A stretch of 64,000 nt of DNA from an uncultured Planctomycetaceae bacterium (GCA_964652155.1 CAZZBK010000008.1:15261-79260); one strand, 5' to 3'; positions 1 to 9,135 are shown, numbered from the stretch's first letter. Program-made: numbers and translations. The notes: a model not told the origin generated them from the letters alone.

Positions 1-125
1 ATCGTGACCGAACCAATTTTGACCGCCCGAGTCGCTTTACGCTGCAATTGCAAGGGAAATCTCCTCCCGTGATGGAAGCCGCTCTGATATCTTCGCGAGT
101 TATGCGTGGGGTGACAACCCCTAGA

Positions 126-161
126 GGTTTTCGGTTCTCCGTTCTCCGTTTTCGGTTTTTC
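126..161. repeat. TTTTCGG/TTCTCCG short tandem repeat tract (GGTTTTCGGTTCTCCGTTCTCCGTTTTCGGTTTTTC)
   Basis: Read directly. Lies ~45 nt upstream of the trmL ATG. A related tract occurs at 58448-58480 and a single unit at 10682-10691. Confidence 0.6.
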
Positions 162-204
162 TCTTCTCTGCCTACCGTCTGCTGCCCTCTGCCTGCTCCA
201 CCCC

Positions 205-678
205 ATGTACTCTCCCAGCCTGCATGTCGTGCTGTTCGCACCCGAGATCCCGCACAACACGGGGAGCGTGGGGCGAACGTGTGTCGCCGTGGGGGCCAAA
301 CTCTGGCTCGTGCGGCCGCTCGGCTTCAGGGTCGACGACTACTACCTCCGCCGCGCGGGGCTCGACTACTGGGAACATCTCAACTGGGAAGTGGTCGACG
401 ACTGGAACGCGCTCATCGATCGGCTCCCCTCCAACCCGCCGTATCTGTTCACCAAGACCGCCGAGCGACTGTACACCGACATCACCTACCAGAGCGGCGA
501 TGTGTTCGTGTTTGGCCGCGAGTCGTCGGGCCTCCCGCCCTCGCTGCTCGAAGAGCACCGCGAGCGACTCGTGCGGATGCCGCTCCGCCAGCAGGTGCGC
601 AGCTTGAATCTGTCGAACTGCGTGACCGTCGCGCTGTACGAAGCTCAGCGGCAACTCGGCTTCCGTTGGGATGCGTAG
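205..678 (+). CDS. trmL: tRNA (cytidine/uridine-2'-O)-methyltransferase, SpoU/TrmL family
   Basis: 157-aa ORF with ATG at 205. N-terminal VLFAPEIPHNTGSVGRTC and C-terminal SLNLSNCVTVALYE are typical of TrmL; size fits. Confidence 0.85.
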   Translation: MYSPSLHVVLFAPEIPHNTGSVGRTCVAVGAKLWLVRPLGFRVDDYYLRRAGLDYWEHLNWEVVDDWNALIDRLPSNPPYLFTKTAERLYTDITYQSGDVFVFGRESSGLPPSLLEEHRERLVRMPLRQQVRSLNLSNCVTVALYEAQRQLGFRWDA

Positions 679-680
679 TT

Positions 681-731
681 GGGGACTGTCTCAAATTTGC
701 GAAGTCTGTGGAGCAAATTGGGACGGTCCCC
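681..731. terminator. Long GC-rich hairpin between convergent trmL and lpdA (REP-like, probable bidirectional terminator)
   Basis: GGGGACTGTC (681-690) pairs with GACGGTCCCC (722-731), and AATTTGC (694-700) pairs with GCAAATT (713-719). No clear U-tract. A homologous copy lies at 10626-10676. Confidence 0.5.
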
Positions 732-765
732 CTCCTCCCCAGCAACCGCGACGAGGGACCGTCGC

Positions 766-2190
766 TTAACGGTCGCGGCGCGGTTTGTAAATTTCAGTCG
801 CCGTGCCGAGATAAGCCTCGGCGGCAAACGCGAGCGTCTCGCTCAACGTCGGATGGGCGTGGATCGACTGGCTCAAGTCATGCACGTCGCAACCCATCTC
901 GATCGCCAGCACCGCCTCGGCGATCATGTCGCCGGCGCTGGGACCAACGATGCCGACCCCTAATATCCGCTCGCTCAGCGGGTCGATGATCAGCTTGGTG
1001 AGCCCCTCGGTGCGGCCGAGCGCCTGGGCTTTGCCGCTCGCGACCCACGGATACTTCGAGATCTCGACCTCGATCCCCTGCGCTTTCGCCTGCGCCTCGG
1101 TGAGCCCGGTCCAGGCCAGTTCCGGATCGGTAAACACCACGGCCGGAATGCACTGGGCGTCGAACTGCACATTCTCACCGTGAATCACCTCGACCGCGAC
1201 GCGGCCTTCGTGGGCCGCCTTGTGGGCCAGCATCGGCTCGCCGGCCACGTCGCCGATGGCGAAGATGTGCGGGTCGGCGGTCTTCTGCTGCTTGTCGACT
1301 TCGACGAACCCCTTGGCGTTGATCTTCACCTTCGTCTTCTCAAGTCCCAAGCCCTGACTGACCGGCTTGCGGCCGACACTCACCAGTACGCGACTGAACG
1401 ACTCGGTCCGCTTGCCACTGGCGTCCTCGAAGGTCACCTCGATCGATTTGCCTTGGTCCTTGAGGCCCGCCACCTTGGTATTGAGATAAATGTTCGTGAA
1501 GCGTTTGGCGAGATGATTGTGCAACGGCTTGACCAGGTCGCGGTCGGCACCGGGCAATAAACCATCGGTCAACTCGACGACGCTGACCTTGGTGCCGAGT
1601 TCGGCATAGACACTCCCCATTTCGAGGCCGATGTACCCGCCACCGACGACCAGCAGTGACTCAGGAATGTCGCGCAGTTCGAGTGCTCCGGTCGAGTCCA
1701 TCACCCGATCGGTCGGCAAGTCGAACGCGGGGATTTTGGTTGGCACGCTGCCGGTGGCAAGCACGCAATGCTCGAACGTGAGTTTATTGTCGGTGTAGGT
1801 CGAGGGATCGCCCCCTTCCAAGCGGAGCGTGGTCGAGTTCTCGAACGTTCCCTTGGCCTGGATGACCTTGACCTTGCGCTGCTTGGCCAGTTGCTTGAGT
1901 CCGCCAGTCAGGTTGCCGATCACTTTGTCCTTGCGGGCCCGGAGCGCGTCGACGTTCACGCCGGCTCGGTCCAGTTGTACGCCCCAATCGTGCGTCAGCT
2001 CGCGGGCTTCGCTCACCACTTTGGCCACGTGGAGCAGAGCCTTGCTGGGGATGCAGCCGCGCAACAGACAAGTGCCGCCAAGTCGCGGATCGGACTCGAC
2101 AATCGTGGTTTCAATACCCAAGTCGGCCGCGAGAAACGCCGCGGCATAGCCACCCGGCCCACCGCCCAAAACCACGAGTTTCGATTGCAT
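766..2190 (-). CDS. lpdA: Dihydrolipoyl dehydrogenase (E3)
   Basis: Redox disulfide motif GGTCLLRGCIPSK and FAD fold VVLGGGPGGY. The track ORF runs to 2256, but the ATG at 2190 (MQSKLVVLGGGPGG) gives the canonical N-terminus. Confidence 0.95.
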   Translation of the reverse strand: MQSKLVVLGGGPGGYAAAFLAADLGIETTIVESDPRLGGTCLLRGCIPSKALLHVAKVVSEARELTHDWGVQLDRAGVNVDALRARKDKVIGNLTGGLKQLAKQRKVKVIQAKGTFENSTTLRLEGGDPSTYTDNKLTFEHCVLATGSVPTKIPAFDLPTDRVMDSTGALELRDIPESLLVVGGGYIGLEMGSVYAELGTKVSVVELTDGLLPGADRDLVKPLHNHLAKRFTNIYLNTKVAGLKDQGKSIEVTFEDASGKRTESFSRVLVSVGRKPVSQGLGLEKTKVKINAKGFVEVDKQQKTADPHIFAIGDVAGEPMLAHKAAHEGRVAVEVIHGENVQFDAQCIPAVVFTDPELAWTGLTEAQAKAQGIEVEISKYPWVASGKAQALGRTEGLTKLIIDPLSERILGVGIVGPSAGDMIAEAVLAIEMGCDVHDLSQSIHAHPTLSETLAFAAEAYLGTATEIYKPRRDR

Positions 2191-2290
2191 GATCTTTCCT
2201 AAATTCCCTACGTGTGCAAGAATTGAGATTGTAATCACCTGACCATCGTTAGCCAACCGCCCCTCGTTGCTGACGAAATCGAGTAATCAC

Positions 2291-2725
2291 ATGAAAAACG
2301 CAGTTCGCCATGAACCTCCGGCGCGGAAACAACAGGACATTCGCGTGTTCTTGAGCTACGCTCGCCACGATCGCAATCAGGCGCGAACGGTGTCTGACAC
2401 TTTGAAAGCCGCTGGAATCGATGTTTGGGACGCGGCTGAGTCGGTCACCCCGGGCGAGAATTGGGCGCGTTCTATCGGCAATGCGCTAGAAAACTGTAAC
2501 GCCATGGTGGTACTGATTTCTCCGGAGGCGATGAAATCCGATGACGTGAAGCGCGAAATCGAATTTGCCCTGACTGCGCCGAATTTTGCCGACCGGGTGC
2601 TCCCCGTGCTCATCAAGGAAGCTAAAGACGCTCCTTGGATTCTGCGCAACTTCCAGTATTTGCCCTGGAAAAAAAACGTCGGCGAACTCATCGTGCAACG
2701 ATTACAGGCTTCGATTCATGGCTAA
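2291..2725 (+). CDS. TIR domain-containing protein (small, TIR-only)
   Basis: IRVFLSYARHD...AMVVLISPEAMKSDDVKREIEFAL is a TIR_2-like pattern with a conserved Glu. ATG at 2291 lies inside the track ORF 2267-2725. Locally AT-richer. Confidence 0.8.
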   Translation: MKNAVRHEPPARKQQDIRVFLSYARHDRNQARTVSDTLKAAGIDVWDAAESVTPGENWARSIGNALENCNAMVVLISPEAMKSDDVKREIEFALTAPNFADRVLPVLIKEAKDAPWILRNFQYLPWKKNVGELIVQRLQASIHG

Positions 2726-3170
2726 GAAACGTCCGAAATCCAAAGCGGACCTTTCGATCAAGCTGTTTTTGTCACATTCGCATCTGGATGAGGCACTTGC
2801 CCAGCGTCTTGCGGGCGATTTGCGACAGCATGGCATTGAGGTGTGGTATGCGCCGGCCGAATTGCGCGGTGCCGATCAATGGCATGATGAAATCGGCAGT
2901 GCGCTTGAACGGTGCGATTGGATGCTGATTTTACTGTCGCAGCAGGCCATCAAGCCGGAAAATAATCGCTGGATTAAACGCGAGTTGGTGTATGCATTGA
3001 GCGACCCTCGATACGATGGCCATATTTTGCCCGTCGTCGTTGATGATTGCGATCCGCTCGTGTTTTCATGGACCCTCAAGAGCATTCAAACCATCTGGTT
3101 GCATGGTCGCTATACGGCCGGATTGAAAATAATGCTCGACCGCTGGTCCAACTCACCTCGTAAAAAGTGA
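2718..3170 (+). CDS. TIR domain-containing protein (second, tandem paralogue)
   Basis: IKLFLSHSHLDE...WMLILLSQQAIKPENNRWIKRELVYAL. The ATG at 2718 overlaps the upstream stop (ATGGCTAA, 8 nt). The track ORF start at 2586 is rejected because it lies inside the upstream gene. Confidence 0.8.
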   Translation: MAKKRPKSKADLSIKLFLSHSHLDEALAQRLAGDLRQHGIEVWYAPAELRGADQWHDEIGSALERCDWMLILLSQQAIKPENNRWIKRELVYALSDPRYDGHILPVVVDDCDPLVFSWTLKSIQTIWLHGRYTAGLKIMLDRWSNSPRKK

Positions 3171-3173
3171 GAC

Positions 3174-3941
3174 CTAATCGCGAACCAAAACTCGCCCCAC
3201 CAACGCCTCGGCCAACGGGTCGCGAGCCGTGCCGCTAAAGCCCAGGTGCAAGTGTCGCCGCCACCCCTCGGCAAACTCGAAACGCTCGCTGAGCCGCCCG
3301 ACGCTGCGCATCAAATCCTGCATCGTGTGCAAGTACGAATCGAGCCCTTGGCTCTGATCCAACCACAGCTTTTGACTCTGGTGCGCGGCGAGCATCGCGG
3401 TCTTGCTCGCCATCTTCGAGCCCACGTCGACGAACAGCTTGGGGACAATCGCCCCATAGAGCGGGTCGCAGTTGCCGTGCGGTTGGGCATGGTAGACCGT
3501 CACGTCATCGTAATAGGCCGACGTCGGCGGATCGCAGGGAAAATTCGGCATGCACCGCGCAAAGCTCGACGTGACCGCCAACCGGCACGTGTTCGTGTGG
3601 TCTTCCATGTAATCGACCGGTGAATGCGTGAGCACGATCGAGGGACGCACCTCGCGCACGATCGAGGCGAGCCGATACAGCGTGGGCCGATCGTACAGCA
3701 CCTCCATGTCGTGACACAAGCTGTCGTGGAACGTGAAGCCCGCCAACTTGCAGGCCGCTTGCGCCTCGGCGCGGCGCATCGCAATCAGTTCATCTCGGCC
3801 ATAAACCGTCGAGCCGCAGCAGCCGTCGGCGACGTTCATGTAGTGGATATCGAAACCAGCCTCCTGCAACAACAAGAGCGTGCCGGCCATGACAAACTCG
3901 ATGTCGTCCGGGTGCGCGGCAATGGCAAATGCGGTGGGCAT
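3174..3941 (-). CDS. PIG-L/LmbE family N-acetylglucosaminyl deacetylase
   Basis: AIAAHPDDIEFVMAGT metal-binding motif. ATG at 3941 is preferred over the TTG at 3974. Confidence 0.8.
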   Translation of the reverse strand: MPTAFAIAAHPDDIEFVMAGTLLLLQEAGFDIHYMNVADGCCGSTVYGRDELIAMRRAEAQAACKLAGFTFHDSLCHDMEVLYDRPTLYRLASIVREVRPSIVLTHSPVDYMEDHTNTCRLAVTSSFARCMPNFPCDPPTSAYYDDVTVYHAQPHGNCDPLYGAIVPKLFVDVGSKMASKTAMLAAHQSQKLWLDQSQGLDSYLHTMQDLMRSVGRLSERFEFAEGWRRHLHLGFSGTARDPLAEALVGRVLVRD

Positions 3942-3977
3942 GGTGAGTTCAAAAGCGTTAAGGTTCGAAATCAATCG

Positions 3978-4085
3978 TTATTGAGGCTCAGGTAATTAAG
4001 TTAGGTAGGACGACCAGCGGGAGTCCGATAATACCGGCCTCGCGTAGCTCGGCCTGTTAAGCTGGTTATCTGACCATCAATAGCC
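3978..4085. repeat. ~108-nt intergenic repeat element, copy 1
   Basis: Aligns to 35855-35961 with 14 mismatches and 1 indel (hand alignment). Conserved core AGGACGACCAGCGGGAGTCCG..AATACCGGCCTCGCGT; termini TATTGA...TCAATA are inverted. Confidence 0.8.
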
Positions 4086-4130
4086 CCTGGCGAGTCGCCG
4101 GGAGTCTCAAGACAAGCGAGCAAGGCAATA

Positions 4131-5888
4131 CTAATACCCCACGGCGGCACCGTCCTTGCGCACCTCACTGGCTCCGCGCAAGGTACCGTGCTCCCAATCA
4201 ATTTGAATCGCCTGATAACCACCGTAGCCGCCACGAGCACGAACGACGAGATGTCCTTTGGCGCGCAGGGTCGCGACCGCCTCGTCGCGAATCCCCCCTT
4301 CGACAAATACCGTGCCGCCGTTGCTCTCGCCCGGGGTGCCGGTTGGCGTCGGGCTGCCACCGTGCCGCACCCGGGCTGCGTCGCCGGCTTGCTGCAAGTT
4401 CATGCCGAAGTCGATGAGGTTCACGAGGATTTGTACATGCCCCTGGGCTTGCATGTCGCCCCCCATCACACCGAACGACAACCACGGCCGACCGTCCTTG
4501 GTGACCATCGCGGGAATAATAGTCTGAAATGGCCGCTTGTGGGGTTCGAGCGTGTTGAGGTGCTGTGGGTCGAGCGCGAACAGTGCGCCTCGATTTTGCA
4601 ATGCGAAGCCAACGTCGCCGGGCACGACCTGCGAGCCGAAGCCGTAGTACACGCTCTGAATCAGCGAGCAGCAGTTGCGATCCTTGTCGATCACCGTGAG
4701 GTAAATCGTGTCGGCCTTGGTGAGCCGCGGGTGCCCCGCTGGCACATGCGGCAAGGCCTTTTGCAGATCGATGAGTTTGCGGCGCTCGGCAGCGTAGGGC
4801 TTTGAGATCAATTCGGCCGTCGGTAGCGGCTTGAAGGCCGGATCGGCATAGAACACGGCCCGATCGGCAAACGCGAGCTTCTTGGCCTCGACGAACCGAT
4901 GCAGATACTCGCCGCTGTTGGGGCCGAGCGCTTGGAGGTCGTAGCCTTCGAGCACGTTGAGCATTTGCAACGCGGCGATCCCCTGTCCGTTGGGGGGCAA
5001 CTCCCAGACATCGTAGCCGCGATAGTTTGTCGAGACCGGCTCGACCCAATCGCTGCGATGGTCGGCAAAGTCGCGTAGGCTAAAGAAGCCGCCGTGGGCC
5101 TTGCTGTACGCCACGATCCGCTCGGCAATGCTCCCCTGATAGAACGCGCGGGCACCGTCTTGGGCAATGGCCTGGTAGCTGGCCGCGAGATTTGGGTTGC
5201 GAAACATTTCGCCCAACTTGGGGGCGCGTCCCTGGGGCAGGTACGTCTTTGCCGAGTCAGGCCATTGGCGCAACCGTGTCGCGCTCCCCTGCCAATCGCC
5301 GGCAATGATTTCGCTCACCGGGAAGCCTTTCTCGGCCAACTCGATGGCGGGCGCGAGCAACGCGCTCAGCGGCAGCGTGCCAAAGCGTTTTTGCAAATCG
5401 TCCCAACCGGCCACGCAACCCGGCACCGACCACGAGAGTGGGCCCGAGTCGGGTATCTCGCGCAGTCCTTGGGACGCGAACACCTGGCGATTCAATTCGT
5501 AGGGGCTGCGGCCGCTGGCGTTGAGGCCGTAGAGCTTTTTGGTCTTGGCGTCCCAGTAGATCGCGAACAGATCGCCGCCAATGCCGCAGCTCATGGGCTC
5601 GACGACCCCGATGGCCGCGTTGGTGGCAATGGCCGCGTCGATCGCGTTGCCGCCGCGCTGCAAAATGTCGAGCCCGACTTGAGCCGCCAGCGGCTGGCTG
5701 GTGGCAACGATCCCATGCTCGGCGACGATCATCGAGCGGCTCTGCTGCGGGTCGGCCCCCGCGCGTTCGTAGCCTGCCGCGAACAAGGCCCCCGTGCCAG
5801 GAATTACACGTTCGGTCATGCTGCATACTCCGCTAAAAACCGCGCCGAGTAAAAGAAAACGGGTCACTACGGTCATTGCGCCGTGCAT
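4131..5888 (-). CDS. ggt: Gamma-glutamyltransferase
   Basis: 585 aa with an N-terminal signal-like segment. GGT family pattern MSCGIGGDLF and autoprocessing-site region DTIYLTVIDKDRN. Confidence 0.9.
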   Translation of the reverse strand: MHGAMTVVTRFLLLGAVFSGVCSMTERVIPGTGALFAAGYERAGADPQQSRSMIVAEHGIVATSQPLAAQVGLDILQRGGNAIDAAIATNAAIGVVEPMSCGIGGDLFAIYWDAKTKKLYGLNASGRSPYELNRQVFASQGLREIPDSGPLSWSVPGCVAGWDDLQKRFGTLPLSALLAPAIELAEKGFPVSEIIAGDWQGSATRLRQWPDSAKTYLPQGRAPKLGEMFRNPNLAASYQAIAQDGARAFYQGSIAERIVAYSKAHGGFFSLRDFADHRSDWVEPVSTNYRGYDVWELPPNGQGIAALQMLNVLEGYDLQALGPNSGEYLHRFVEAKKLAFADRAVFYADPAFKPLPTAELISKPYAAERRKLIDLQKALPHVPAGHPRLTKADTIYLTVIDKDRNCCSLIQSVYYGFGSQVVPGDVGFALQNRGALFALDPQHLNTLEPHKRPFQTIIPAMVTKDGRPWLSFGVMGGDMQAQGHVQILVNLIDFGMNLQQAGDAARVRHGGSPTPTGTPGESNGGTVFVEGGIRDEAVATLRAKGHLVVRARGGYGGYQAIQIDWEHGTLRGASEVRKDGAAVGY

Positions 5889-5940
5889 CGTGTGCCTCGC
5901 TGAGATTCGAGCTGCTCAAGAAACAAAATCGCTGCCGACT

Positions 5941-6687
5941 ATGGTAGCCGACTTGCAGCGTGATTTGAACGTGCGAGAATCGCTACCGCTGCAAATTCAT
6001 TTCCTTCTCGACGAGAATCGCCGCATGACGCCCGACGTGGAAATTACCCTGGCTCTCATTCGCGAGCATTTTTATAGCGCCGTGCTGGCCGACGCACTCG
6101 ACGCACTGGGCTACCGTGACCAGGTCACCGACATCTCACTGCTCCCGATGTCGGGCGGCACCAAGCTGGTCGGGCGCTGCAAAACGACCCTCTGGGCCGA
6201 CATGGACCACGTCGACCCCCAACCCTACGAACTCGAGTTACAGGCCGTCGACTCGTGTCGGCCGGATGACGTGATCATCTGCGCGGCCGGTGGGTCGCTT
6301 CGCTCGGGCATTTGGGGCGAGTTGCTCTCGACCGCCGCGCAAAACAGCGGATGCGTCGGCGCTCTGGTCGACGGCGCGGTGCGCGACACCGACAAAATGC
6401 ACGCCATGGGCTTTACCGTGTTCGCGCGTACCACGAACTGCCGCGATAGCCAGAACCGGCAGCGTGTCATCGACGTCGACGTGAGCGTGAACGTCGGCGG
6501 CGTCCGCTTCAATCCAGGCGACTTGGTGCTCGCCGATCGCGACGGGATCGTGGTCGTGCCGCAGACCGTCGAGCGGCAAGCGCTGCAGAACGCCTGGGCC
6601 AAGTTGCACGCCGAGAACGTGACTCGAGACGCCATCAAAGCGGGCATGAAAGCCACCGCCGCGTATAAAAAGTATGGAGTGCTCTAG
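5941..6687 (+). CDS. RraA family protein (RNase E regulator / 4-hydroxy-4-methyl-2-oxoglutarate aldolase-like)
   Basis: YSAVLADALDALGY...IICAAGGSLRSGIWGELLSTAA...GALVDGAVRD pattern. ATG at 5941 is chosen because the track start 5794 overlaps ggt. Confidence 0.75.
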   Translation: MVADLQRDLNVRESLPLQIHFLLDENRRMTPDVEITLALIREHFYSAVLADALDALGYRDQVTDISLLPMSGGTKLVGRCKTTLWADMDHVDPQPYELELQAVDSCRPDDVIICAAGGSLRSGIWGELLSTAAQNSGCVGALVDGAVRDTDKMHAMGFTVFARTTNCRDSQNRQRVIDVDVSVNVGGVRFNPGDLVLADRDGIVVVPQTVERQALQNAWAKLHAENVTRDAIKAGMKATAAYKKYGVL

Positions 6688-6689
6688 TC

Positions 6690-8153
6690 ATGCGCGTGGG
6701 CATTATCGGTCTGATGCACGAGTCGAACACGTTCTTGCCGACGCCGACGACTCTCGAGTCGTTTCGGTCGTTCCATCTGCTGAGCGGCGACGCGGTCCGC
6801 CAGGCTTATGAGTCGGCCTATCACGAGATCGGCGGCTTTTATGCCGCCTTGGCCGAAGCGCACCTCGACGCTGTGAGTCTCTTCGGCGGCTGGGCAATGC
6901 CCGGCGGCACCATCACGCACGAAACCTGCGAACAACTCGTCGATAGGGTGTTGTCAGCCATAAAGGCCGCGGGCCATCTCGACGGCCTGCTCGTGGCACC
7001 ACATGGCGCGGCGGTCGGCGAGCAGTGGCGCGACTTCGACGGCCACTGGCTTAGCGCGGTGCGCCAGCACGTGGGCCCCGACGTGCCCATCATCGGCACG
7101 CTCGACTTGCACGCCAACGTTTCGCAGCGCATGGTCGACGCCTGCAACGCGCTCATCGCCTACCGCAGCAACCCACACTTGGATCAGCGCCAGCGAGGCC
7201 TCGACGCCGGGCGGCTCATGGCCCGCACGCTGCGTGGCGAGGTACGGCCCGTCATGTCGGCGGGATTTCCTCGTGTGGCCATGAATATCGAACGCCAGTT
7301 GACCTCGGCGAGCCCTTGTCGCGAGTTGTACGCGCTCGCCGATCAACAATGGCAGCGGCCCGGGGTGTTGAGCAACAGCGTGGTGCTCGGGTTTCCATAC
7401 TCCGACGTCAACGAGATGGGAACCAGCGTGCTCGCCGTGACCGACGGGAACAAAACACTCGCCGATGAGTGTGCCCGCGAACTGAGCGACTACGTCTGGG
7501 AACATCGCGGCGAGTTCGTGGGGCAACTGGTGAGTGTCGACGACGCGGTGCGACAGGCCGCGCAACTCGCGGGTCCCGTCGGGCTGCTCGACATGGGAGA
7601 CAATGTCGGCGGGGGCTCGCCGGGGGACGGCACGTTGTTGCTCGCCCAGGCCATTGAAGCTGGCATCGCTTCAACCTTCGCATGTCTTTACGATCAGAGG
7701 GCCGTGCAAGAGTGCGTCAAGGCTGGCGTCGGCGCGACGCTCCAACTCGGGTTGGGGGGCAAGACCGACGCGCTCCACGGGCCCACGCTGCATGACACGG
7801 TGCGCGTGTTGAGCCTGCACGACGGTCGCTTTAGCGAATTGCAACCGCGCCACGGTGGGCAGACGCACTACAACCAAGGACCCTCGGTCGTTGTGCAACT
7901 CAGCGGTGGACAAATCGTCCTCTTGAACTCGCTTCGCACCGCGCCCTTCAGCCTTGCACAGATCACGTCGTGCGGCATCCAGGGGGAGTCGTTTCAGGTT
8001 GTCATCATCAAAGGGGTTCATGCCCCCGTCGCCGCTTATGCACCGATCTGCAAACATCTGCTGCGCGTCGACACCCCGGGCGTGACGCGCGCCGACATGA
8101 CCAAGCTGGAGTTCCATCACCGTCGCCGGCCGCTGTTTCCGTTCGAGACCTGA
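6690..8153 (+). CDS. M81 family metallopeptidase (MlrC/microcystinase C-like)
   Basis: N-terminus MRVGIIGLMHESNTF and a length of 487 aa are typical of MlrC-family proteins. Confidence 0.8.
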   Translation: MRVGIIGLMHESNTFLPTPTTLESFRSFHLLSGDAVRQAYESAYHEIGGFYAALAEAHLDAVSLFGGWAMPGGTITHETCEQLVDRVLSAIKAAGHLDGLLVAPHGAAVGEQWRDFDGHWLSAVRQHVGPDVPIIGTLDLHANVSQRMVDACNALIAYRSNPHLDQRQRGLDAGRLMARTLRGEVRPVMSAGFPRVAMNIERQLTSASPCRELYALADQQWQRPGVLSNSVVLGFPYSDVNEMGTSVLAVTDGNKTLADECARELSDYVWEHRGEFVGQLVSVDDAVRQAAQLAGPVGLLDMGDNVGGGSPGDGTLLLAQAIEAGIASTFACLYDQRAVQECVKAGVGATLQLGLGGKTDALHGPTLHDTVRVLSLHDGRFSELQPRHGGQTHYNQGPSVVVQLSGGQIVLLNSLRTAPFSLAQITSCGIQGESFQVVIIKGVHAPVAAYAPICKHLLRVDTPGVTRADMTKLEFHHRRRPLFPFET

Positions 8154-8192
8154 GTTCACCGCGTCACATCATCTTGTTGAGGAGCACGCTTC

Positions 8193-9119
8193 ATGCGCCG
8201 TTTGCTGTTCGCCTTGGCTATTTTAGTTTCGTGGGTCGGCGGCACCCTGGCACAAGAGGCCCCCGCGCATGTGCGTCAAGAAGACCTCGTCTATGGCCGC
8301 AAGTTTGGCACCGCGCTCACGCTCGATGTGTTCACGCCGGAAAAGAATGCCAACGGCGCCGCGATCGTCTGGGTCATTAGCGGCGGCTGGTTTTCTTCGC
8401 ACGAAGGCATTCGCCCCGCCTGGACCTATCCCATGCTCCAGCGTGGCTACACGGTGTTTGCCGTGGTGCACGGAAGCCAGCCACGGTTCCAGATACCGGA
8501 GTGCGTGGCCGACGTGCAGCGGGCGGTTCGGTTCATTCGCCTGAATGCGGAGCGGTTCAAGATCGACCCTCGGCGGATCGGCGTGACCGGAGGCTCGGCC
8601 GGCGGACATTTATCGTGCATGTTGGGAAGCACGGGGGACGATGGTGACAAGGACGCCAAGGACCCGGTGCTGCGCGAGAGCAGTCGCGTGCAGGCGGTGG
8701 GTTGCTTTTATCCTCCGACCGACTTTCTGAACTACGGCGAGCCGAACCACATTGCCATCGGTCGCGGCACGCTGGAAAACTTCAAGGCACCGTTTGCGTT
8801 TTTGGAGTTGGACCCCAAGCGGCGGATGTTTGTGCCCATCACCGATGAGCCGCGCATCCTGGAGCTGGGCCGGCAAATTTCTCCCGTCACGCATGTCTCG
8901 GCCGACGACGCCCCGACGCTGATCGTTCATGGCGATGCCGACAAGCTCGTCCCAATCCAGCAAGCCGAGCTATTCATCAACGGGCTCGATAAGGTGGGCG
9001 TAGCCACGCAACTGGTGCGGAAGCCCGGCCTGGCGCATGGCTGGCCCAATATCGTCGACGATCTCCAGACGATTCTCGATTGGTTCGATCGTCATCTGGC
9101 GGCCAAGCCCAAGCCGTAG
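8193..9119 (+). CDS. Secreted alpha/beta hydrolase (esterase/lipase-like)
   Basis: Signal peptide MRRLLFALAILVSWVGGTLA. Nucleophile elbow GGSAGGH; HGDAD near the C-terminus. Confidence 0.8.
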   Translation: MRRLLFALAILVSWVGGTLAQEAPAHVRQEDLVYGRKFGTALTLDVFTPEKNANGAAIVWVISGGWFSSHEGIRPAWTYPMLQRGYTVFAVVHGSQPRFQIPECVADVQRAVRFIRLNAERFKIDPRRIGVTGGSAGGHLSCMLGSTGDDGDKDAKDPVLRESSRVQAVGCFYPPTDFLNYGEPNHIAIGRGTLENFKAPFAFLELDPKRRMFVPITDEPRILELGRQISPVTHVSADDAPTLIVHGDADKLVPIQQAELFINGLDKVGVATQLVRKPGLAHGWPNIVDDLQTILDWFDRHLAAKPKP

Positions 9120-9135
9120 TCGCTCGAAAAAAAGC

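Noticed and set aside
48-989. 313-aa plus-strand ORF spanning trmL and the lpdA 3' end
   Set aside because: It overlaps two motif-supported genes in other frames or on the other strand. It is extremely Arg/Pro/Ala/Ser-rich and has no recognisable domain.
2267-3170. Calling the TIR pair a Thoeris system
   Set aside because: No ThsA-like effector (SIR2, SLOG, Macro or TM) is adjacent; the neighbours are lpdA and a PIG-L deacetylase. It is therefore reported only as an orphan TIR pair.
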